59,964 nt of DNA from Catajapyx aquilonaris. Its lineage: Eukaryota. The stretch lies in NCBI GenBank assembly GCA_000934665.2, contig KZ538599.1:1-59964 (forward strand), given 5' to 3'. Under the pieces are notes generated by a model. It was not told the DNA's origin. It worked only from the letters and a program-made list of their open reading frames with translations, and did no database searches. Position 1 is the stretch's first letter. Every line of letters begins with the position of its first letter. The position numbers and the translations under genes were made by a program. Shown here in pieces: positions 50,903 through 59,964 of this stretch.

Positions 50903-53900
50903 TTTTGCCACAAAAGCAAAATAGCAAAAATTACCTTCCCCTACAATCACTGATTTGTGTCGCCTTTTAGTTCTATAACTTTGGTCTGTGGCCAGATTAG
51001 ATGAGGATGATTAGGCTACTGCTATAATAATGCATTTCTTCTTCGGTTATAATAAATTATCATTAATTAGTAAACTAGCAATTGTTCCTTTTATATAACT
51101 CCCACACTCACATATTTTTCCCTGCAATGCCCGCCCTCAAACGAATAGCGCCTCTATGGTTTCTTGAATATATTAGCCATGTAGGCTGTTCCATTGCCTC
51201 TTACTCTTGAAGAATTTAGGCAGAAAGTATTTGCCTACTTTAAACAAAGAAAAATATTGAGGGAAAGGTCAAGCTTTTGAAGTAGCTGTGTCTGCCAGGG
51301 ATTTTGCACAGTATTCCTTTCTCTTTGTATTGGGTTTTGGAAGATCATCATAAATCGTCTCTAGGAATGTAGCCTTGAGGAAGGCTGACTAAATAGTCCA
51401 CTATTGTCTTTGTTCTACACAATCGCACTTGAAACCGTTCCAGGAAGTTTACATGTTGTGCTGCAGACACGGGAGCTGAGCACTACTCTATGGGTTCTGA
51501 TATCGAGAGTTATTTTTAGCTATTCCACTGCTAGACGGGACTAATGGAAGAGTAAAGGCCGAATGATCATGAGGTATGTGAGAACCCGGAGTCAAAAGAA
51601 CCGCGCCCTTGGGAACCTAGATTGCATGTTTAACAGTTATGTTGCATTTCACATGAGGTGAGTTGAATGAGCTATGTGGCAGGAAAAGGTGCAGAAGATC
51701 CGCCCCACTTTCCTTCCTACTGGGGGAACCCGTGAACACCTTCCAGATACATCTTTCTCAGAGGTCATTATTCGGCAGGTGAACAAACTGGGCCATTGTT
51801 AATCCAAATGGAAGGAAAAACAGAGCAGGGTGAAAATCATTGTTTTCCTTCCGTGCGAGTAAACAATGGGCTGGAAAATGCTCACGTGTCAAGTTCAAGC
51901 TGTGATCAAGACGGCACCAGTTGGTTAGAAAACCAAACTAGCGAAAAAAAACTTGTTTTGGCAACTGCTCATCTAATTACAGTAATTAACTATTCGGGTT
52001 TCGCTGAGAACCGATCATACTTGTGTAACATGCATCCACGAAAACGCAGACGAAGAGATGCAATTGCATTACAACATTTCGGCCATTTTGCAAAACAAAA
52101 ATTTCTCACCTATTTGGAGCGGTGCAGAACTTAAGGTCAGTCGGTGTTAATTAGGAGACACACCTCTGTATAATTGCGGTGTGATGTACATGGGATAAAT
52201 GAGGCCAGATAAGGTTTCACAACTGTTTCTAGAATAGGCGCACCTTGACCTTGCGAATGTTTAGCAAATACATGCTGTTCTTACAATTATTATTTTGGAG
52301 AACCTGATCTGAAGGTTGTGTTTAATTACATATGTTCAGGTCGAGATAAAATGAAAGGATCAAAAGCGAACAAAGCGGTGCAATTATTTCCTTCACAAAC
52401 ATTAGCACGTTCGCTTCGCCTAACCGCAAAAGGTAAGAAATATCCGTCTGAGAAGGCGAATCAGGTAGTGATTGTCCTTGAATCTTCACATCTGCGCAGC
52501 AATTTGATGCGAATCACGATTTCTTTTTACCTGACTGACTAATTCTACCTTAATACCATTCAAATTATATGTCAATACCCGCTGAGAGGAGCAGCCATAT
52601 TCATCGCATAAAGAATGCTTGTCGCACTCCTACTGTAGTAATGTGCATAAGTATGTGTTAGATTTTACACCTTAGCAAAACGTGTTTCACGTATATTATC
52701 ATAATCAATATCCTATCTCACCTATTATATACGTATATAGTAATGACTGGTTTGGCTCTTCCATTGCCCGTCATAAAAAAGGTTGCACATCCAGACACGC
52801 CGTAAAAGAATTCTGAATAATCAATATCGCCGTGAGACACGAATAATACAGTCTGTAATATAGTCAGTGAAAGCTTTTGATTGACGTCAGATATATAGCC
52901 CTAAAGGCAATGAACGTTCCTTCACCTAGTTTATGATGGCGAAACAGGATTTATGTCAGGAATAGCGGTGAAGTTCTCCCCCATTCCTCTCTTCCCAAGA
53001 ATCCTGAGTTTGCTAGGAAATGACGTAATTATTTATGACTGTACACCCCTTTTTGAAACTAGTTAAGAGCTAATGACCTGGCAATGCGACCTTGCAAAGA
53101 GTGGATCTGTACATGGGTGACGCATTTTTGCATTAAACAGTCAGAGTTGGTAATATTTTACAAGATTTCACCCCTTGGCACATAAGGTTCCTGATAACAG
53201 TATAGGCCCAAATTAGCAAAAAAAAAAAAGCTACTTCATCTGTATATTTTATTCCAGAAAACATCATTTTGACCTTCAAATTCCAACATTGCCTAGTTTT
53301 GACCCCCCCCCCCCTCCATGTCGNTCGTAACTACACTAACTTATTGAGGTAACCTTTACTGCCAAAGTTTCCCTCCACTTCTGGTGCCATTTAGACAATT
53401 GCATTATTGTAAGGGTAAGTACAGTACAGCTGCAAGTCAATCAGCGCTTAGATGCGTCATGAAAACTACGTAGAGCAAGTGTCTGCAAACAAACAAGTCG
53501 TGCAACCTTTCATCCTCGTCAGTGGGGCATAATAATGAACTTGGCTCTGTTTCCATTCTGGACGCGCAAAGCCTGCCATGTCCGTCCACCAGCGGAACAA
53601 TCGCCGTAATTGGAGGCGGAAAGACGAATAATTTCCGGTGCCGCAACAATAGCATCAATTTCTGCCGGATCTTGAAACGGACAACACAATAATAATTCTA
53701 CTTTCTCCCAGTGAAGGCGGGAATGACTTCATGCGTGGCAGCTAGAATATCACAGAATCCGGGGCTCGCTCAGTGAATGACTTGAATGACGAAGTGGGGT
53801 GAATGGTTCCTTTTTCAAAGAAATGTGTAGCCCCTGTGACGTAACGGGAAAATACGTGTGATGCAATGTTCGGAAGAAGAGGTGGCAAGCTTGGTCTTAT

Positions 53901-55057
53901 GTGCAAGCGAAAATTTAAGTGAGCAGTTACGTATATTCATGAGAACATATACCTAAAAACACATTGAAGTGCCCAATGAGACTTATTGTATATTTGACAT
54001 ATGGGAACATAATTATTTTCCAACAAATCTTTATTGAATCCAAATTATGAAACTTGTGGGAAATGAGACCAATGCAGCACACAGATCAATTGGAAACACT
54101 TCAAAAATGCAATATTGTGATAAGTACTCAAATTTTACTGAAAATCAAGTAATAAAACTTACTATCCAGCAAAAAACCAGTGTGGCCCATATAACGGAAA
54201 ATGATTTAAGCAGTAGCATTTGCACAATGAGCACATTTGAAAATGCTTGTGATGTGCAGCTTGGATTAACTTGAAAGAAAAATACTTTCTTGATGATGGG
54301 CGTCTCAAATCAGTCCAAGTCCATTCGAGATATCCAGACCGATCCAGACTCGAAGAAAGCATACTCGTGATCAAGTTTGCGATGGAAGGATCACTGAAGT
54401 GAAAACAGGTACGGTACAAGTCTATAGATGAATCATGTCACATAGTCACCTGATAAAATGACAGTCAGATATTTAAAAAACCGAAATTTACATTCAAATT
54501 TCAGACTAACTTTCTCTGCTGGGTTATCCCTGCAAAGCAACGGTGAAAGTGATCCCTATTTTTTCTCACTACACACGTCTTTAAAAATTGTAGTGCATTG
54601 TAGGTCTGCATGTATAAAATTGAGGTCTCCAGCACTAATCGTAATCGTAAACTGGCGAAATTCAAATAATATTCTTGACCTACTCATCTTGGACCAACAG
54701 GACAGTCCCGTTGAAATATGATCATCGCGCCCATAACACTATCCTGCAATGATTTTGCAGTCAGAATGATAGGCTGTTCCAATGATGGCCAATTACTGCA
54801 GGTGCTGGAGCCCCAAGTCCACAACCATTGCCTAGACTCCTATAGAGGCAGACCAAATCGAATCCCTATATCATATACGCACTAATAAGGCGCCCATCCC
54901 CCAACAGGGCCCGAATCATGAGTTATATTTATCGCCGTGTATGTCGTTATCGGTTGGTGTCTCGACATTTCTATCTCATGAACTATACCAACATATATTT
55001 CAGGTGGCAGCGTGGAAGGGCTGCTCCTGCTGACCAGTTTTCTAAGCTGACATCATC

Positions 55058-56943
55058 ATGCTAATAGCTCGACCACCACCATTGTTAGTCCTACTACTAC
55101 TTCTCTTACTTTTGGCTGCCGTGCTATCAACAGCAGCTCAGGGTGTCAGGAAGAATCGACCCTTAGCCTTCACCACACAAGCCACCACCATACCTGATGA
55201 TGATGGCACAATTAAAATTACTACAACACGTATGCTATATAATACACAATGCTGCATGTAAAGGAAAAAGTCTAGGAACATAATTTTCAGGTCGACCAAG
55301 CTCCCCCGGAAGAATATCAACACGCCTTTCGACTGCATCTGCCATAAGAATTACTTCCCCAGCAAGTGTGCATGACACCCACGATGCCATCCACAATGAG
55401 CTTGGTTGTAACTGCATGGAGTATTGGAAATGCATAATGAGGTGACTTGGTATTTTTTTAACAGCATGGGCTTTTATTGTCACGAAACATTTACCATCAT
55501 TCTATTGACAGTGGTGGATCACCGTATTCCTATTGTGGTCTTTCGTCGTCATCAGTGTGCTGCTTCTCAGCAGTCAATGCCAAACCTATTGGACTGATAC
55601 CATCTGGATCTCCCCCACCCATAAGATGTGGTCGAAAAGGACATGATGCTACACGACAGGGCCAAGCCGCCATGGCTGAATGGCGCTGGCATGTAAGTGC
55701 TTGGTAGAAGGCAATAAATCATTACTGAATTCAAATTGTTACAGTATTTACATGAAATATATTATGATATTACTATCTTCCAGGCAGCCGTTTTAGAAAA
55801 GCCAGATGACCTGTATGTGTGTGGTGCCACATTGGTTGATCAGAGTTGGGTGCTGACTGCTGCCCATTGTGTAGATGATTAGTAAGTTGCATTTTTACAG
55901 CATATTACGTTTCATGTTGGGAGGAACTAGTAACTGGCTTTGATTCCTGAACTAGAAACCATTTTGTGATAGTTGAGGGGTTCTTCATGGCATTATCCTG
56001 CAGAAAAAAAATCAACAGGCTGTACATCAGTTTGCAATTAAATTAAAACTTAAATGACTTCTCCTTTATCATAATAGAATGGCAGTGTCAAAAGCACAGA
56101 ACAAAAAGAAAAGACACGCAGCAAAATATTGCAATATCATCATGTTATCAATTATTTCACTTCCAGCCTTTCAACCAGTGCACAAATACCCGATGTGCTG
56201 AAAGTGCGCCTTGGAGAGTATGATGTCACAACCACTACCGAATCACTTCGTCACGAAGAGTTTGATGTAGCTTCAGTTGAATTATATCCAACATTTGACA
56301 ATTCAACACTGGAGCATGATATCGCCCTGCTTCGACTCACCAAGCCAGCTCGACGCAGGCAGCACATTGATGTTGTGTGTTTACCTCGCCCAGGGGATTT
56401 TGGAAACGTGCCTCAGGGCAGTCATGATGAGGACCACGAGTGTGTTGTCACCGGATGGGGCCGACGCACTGAAAGTGAGAATTAATCAACTGCAATAATG
56501 TTTAGCCATATATGATTCTGCTAATATTCTTTTTCTTTAGGTTCTGATCATTCAGTAGTCCTAAAAGAGGTTCCTGTTCCCATATGGGCAAATGAAGACT
56601 GTGAAAAGGCACTCAGAAATCAGTTTGGACCAGATTTTAAATTACCAGATACTGCTGTTTGCGCCGGGGCAGAGGGACGTGATGCTTGCGATGTAAGTAT
56701 GATACAATTTATTCCACTCATGCCACAAGTTACATAACAACAATATATTAATATCTAAAAAAAACAAAACAGGGCGATGGCGGCGGTCCACTGGTATGCT
56801 TGAAGGGAAGTCGTTGGTACCAAGTGGGTGTAGTCAGCTTCGGCGTTGGATGTGGACGTCCTCACATGCCTGGAGTGTACACACGCGTGGCTATGTATGA
56901 GAGGTGGATAAGGGACACTGTGTTACGGCACCGTCATCAGTGA
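55058..56943 (+). CDS. Clip-domain serine protease homolog (CLIPA, masquerade/PPAF2-like, non-catalytic), about 410 aa; exons 55058-55229, 55291-55441, 55512-55692, 55784-55881, 56167-56474, 56541-56692, 56773-56943
   Basis: Signal peptide; Ser/Thr-rich linker; clip domain CNCMEYWKC...YC...VCC; trypsin-like domain with LTAAHC (His), HDIALL (Asp) and DACDGDGGGPL (Ser->Gly); [21 protein letters not shown] introns with consistent phases, total 1233 nt. Confidence 0.92.
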
Positions 56944-57250
56944 CAGCAAAACACATGAAGATTAATGACACTGTTTCGGTGGATATGGTGTAAAAGTAAA
57001 AGTGCCAGATGTCTTTTCCCATCCTCTCATAGTGAGACATATGCATTGTTTTTGCACATTAACTTATTTTGGAGAGATTGATGTCACTGGATGAGTGTGT
57101 GATGGCCATGTTCCAGCCGGTGGTGTGCAAAATGTAGGCTACTTCATTAGCCATGAAGGAGTTCAATGATTTGAAGGAAATAACATTTAACATTGGACTC
57201 TCATAAAAATGTTGTGCTGGATTCATCTTAGTGATTTACTGTCTCTGTAC

Positions 57251-57381
57251 AGTGGTGGAAAATGGAGAAGCACAAGTCTCGCCTCCTGGCGGAGTTTTTC
57301 CTCTACATGAAGCTGCTTCATATAGTATAGAGGAAACCCCCAGGAGGTGATACTTGGGCTTCTCCATTAATTTCCACCACT
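57251..57381. mobile_element. Small palindromic MITE / hairpin (~130 bp)
   Basis: agtggtggaaaatggagaagcacaagt...ctcctgg...ttcctcta.atgaagctgcttcat...tagaggaa...ccaggag...acttgggcttctccatt...tttccaccact. Confidence 0.8.
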
Positions 57382-58188
57382 TACAAAGTATGGAGAAGGT
57401 AAATAACTAAGACATGTTTTTATACTGTCATACCTGTCCAACATTTGCCTATTTTGGTAATTATAAAGGGTATTCCATGTCCAACAATATGTTATTAGTC
57501 ACTTTCCTGGCACAATTGCTGTATGTGTACCGTATTCTCAGTTATTTTACCATCTGTCGGCAAGGTAAATGTGGGTCCTTTTTTTACCTTGCGTAGAGAA
57601 GGTAAATGCATAAGAATGTGGCTATTCCGTGTATTAATTAGAACTACTATACCCAATAATAACTGGGTTACTTATTTGAGTGAGAATCACTCAGATTAAT
57701 TTCCAGTATAGTAAGGATCACTTCGTCAGTGCCACTTGTATTTCAGTTGTAGTCGTGTCATTCTTTGGAAAGCCTTTTGGAAAATTTTTTATGTAGGTTT
57801 GTAAACGATGTTGTTTTAAAGAGAGCATTAAACAAATTATTGAAAATTAAGTTGCAGAATCTCGTCATAATTTTGTTCTTTAACCTGCTAATGTGTATTA
57901 ATTACACATCCAAGCACACTGCCCCATTCTCTGCAACATGGCGGCCGAGTGGTGAGGGTGTTGGTGAGGGAGACCGTGGGTGAGGGGTTAAAAATTCTCA
58001 AAAGGACAGCTATATAACATAAGCACGGCCAGAAAGAGTGCGCCACCTAGTTTATTCTATGACATCTGTAGGCTGCCGCTCAGCATTACAAACATTACAT
58101 CCCCAACCATTATATTCCAAATTAACCTTACGGGTAGCCTTGGGAGCCCGTTCGTAAGCACGGAATACGGTGGGTCGTTCGTAATAAG

Positions 58189-58466
58189 TAGAGTCCGGAA
58201 TTTTATGCACGAAAAAAACCCTCAAATAGGCACTTAAATAGGCACGGAAAAAACCTCAAATAGGCACAAAAAGTTTACTTTTTTGGGCATGGAGGATGAT
58301 GTTACAGAAAATAAAAATGCCAGCATAATTTTATAGGCCGGAAGTATAACTATAAGGTCGTAAATCAGAGCAAAAATCTAATAACAACGATAAACTGACA
58401 GAAAATTATTACAAAATTTGGACAAAAGACACAAAGAGCAAGCAAGTATCACTTGCCTAGACTCTA
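58189..58466. mobile_element. Probable DNA-transposon remnant with aaataggcac subterminal repeats
   Basis: TAGAGTC...GACTCTA short inverted ends; three copies of aaataggcac at 58225-58267; no TSD seen. Confidence 0.4.
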
Positions 58467-58610
58467 CCGCTTATAGCCAGTTTCCACTTGCACCAGACTT
58501 GCACAATATGTTGCCAAATATTTTCCAATCAGAGGAAAATTTTGAAAAAATATTTGGCATACCGGTACATGAGGAGCTCGGGTGCAAAACTGCCTAAGTC
58601 CATTTTTGTG

Positions 58611-59395
58611 AAAGGAGGAGGCACAAAATATATGGGCGAGTGGCCTTCCGTTCGATTTGCCTGAAAATTGGATATGTTGTAGCCCAGACCATCCTGATCA
58701 ATGTTAGATAGGGACATTTCGAGGTATGACCTACAGGGAGTGTGCTATTGATCTCCGAAGGTCATATGGGATATGATCTGGTTTTCCGTTTGATTTGCCT
58801 GAAAATTGGATATGTTGCAGCCCAGACCATCCTGATCAATGTTAGATAGGGACATTTTAAGGTAGGACCTACAGGGAGCATGCTAATTGCTATTCATCGA
58901 AGAGGCTAGAAGACTGCTATGAGAAAAACCACGCTTCCTTACATTGACCCAATGAATGTTGAAGTGCAGCTGGAGGAAACTCCAGATGACAACCTTCAAG
59001 GAGTAGAACTTGAACCAGATGAATAGGTAATACAGATTAATAGATAATTTAATGCAATAACCATTGAGTTCCTGAGACTTATTGTAGTCTACTATTCCCC
59101 CTATTACCTTCGGAGGTCATTAGCATGCTTCCTGTAGGTCCTACCTCGAAATGTCCCTATCCAACATCGATCAGGATGGTCTGGGCTGCAACATATCCAA
59201 TTTTCAGCCAAATCGAACGGAAAGCCAGATCATATCCCATATCACCTTCGGAGGTCAATAGCACACTCCCTGTAGGTCTTACCTGGAAATGTCCCTATCT
59301 AACATCGATCAGGATGGTCTGGGCTACAACATATCCAATTTTCAGGCAAATCGAACGGAAGGCCACTCGCCCATATATTTTGTGCCTCCTCCTTT
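58611..59395. mobile_element. Foldback-like element with ~277-bp inverted arms, each built from a 138-bp tandem unit
   Basis: aaaggaggaggcacaaaatatatgggcgag... mirrored by ...ctcgcccatatattttgtgcctcctccttt; ccgtt.gatttgcctgaaaattggatatg repeats with a 138-bp period in each arm. Confidence 0.88.
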
Positions 59396-59694
59396 GAGAT
59401 AGCAACACTACCATGTAGTCAATGAGGAGGCCCTTAACAAGTTGGTGTAAAAATCACGAAAAAAATCGCATAAGTCTCGTAGTTATTCACCTTGAAAAAA
59501 GTCGATTAGCGGAAAAAAGCGCCTAAGTCATGCGGGAGTTCATATGCAAAACTGCCTGAGTCCTTATTCAGAACCAATCGGGAGCAGAGATTAATGGCAG
59601 CCTCCGTACTGGAAAAGCTGCAAAATATTTTATAAGGCGATTACCTCTGTTTCTGAACATTGTCACCAGTGAATCAGATGATGGCTGAGTTAAA

Positions 59695-59800
59695 TACAGG
59701 GTGTCACACAAGTCCGGAACAATTGGTATAGGCTAATTGGATAGCAACTGTTGGTTTATAGTTATGCCACTACTATCCAATTTTTAAAAATAAGCCAGAA
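59695..59800. mobile_element. Left end of another Tc1/mariner-type MITE; right end not identified
   Basis: TA|CAGGGTGTC terminus like the elements at 26767 and 29672. Confidence 0.4.
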
Positions 59801-59964
59801 AATTATGTCACATATTGAAGAAAATTATTTATATTTCATTTCTTTTCTCCGCCTTAGTATCATTGTTTAAGAGCGCGCTCTACCCTTCCCCTCCCAGCGA
59901 GTTGGGAGCAGGTCGAGGTCCGTCCCGCCAGTTTGACTCCTCTTCCTCTCGCTGTGACGGGCAC

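Noticed and set aside
58611..59395. CRISPR-like or coding interpretation of the repeated units (ORFs 58529-58717, 59125-59397)
   Set aside because: Units are 138-bp tandem copies in inverted arms with no unique spacers and no cas genes; the context is eukaryotic.

Overview
Eukaryotic genomic DNA, most likely an arthropod (probably a hexapod, judged from the Henna-like PAH N-terminus and the CLIPA-type protease homolog). It contains four protein-coding genes that I could assemble with canonical GT-AG introns and consistent phases: a TraB-domain protein (+, 5068-6237), phenylalanine hydroxylase/Henna (-, 7 exons, 14822-18194), an intronless SPT20-family SAGA subunit (-, 32236-34431) and a clip-domain serine protease homolog with catalytic Ser->Gly (+, 7 exons, 55058-56943). 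Intergenic DNA is rich in non-autonomous DNA transposons (Tc1/mariner, hAT, Sola-like and foldback MITEs), mariner remnants, tRNA-derived SINEs and microsatellites. There is no CRISPR array, rRNA or prokaryotic system, and I cannot support a wholly new biological system. The most unusual signals are a 30-bp micro-inversion inside the arms of a ~0.8-kb foldback element, several near-perfect hairpins next to or inside likely transcripts, an apparent cluster of FTZ-F1/ecdysone/Grainyhead-type motifs around the two melanisation/cuticle-related genes, and unusual splice features. Coordinates were counted by hand and may be off by a few bases.
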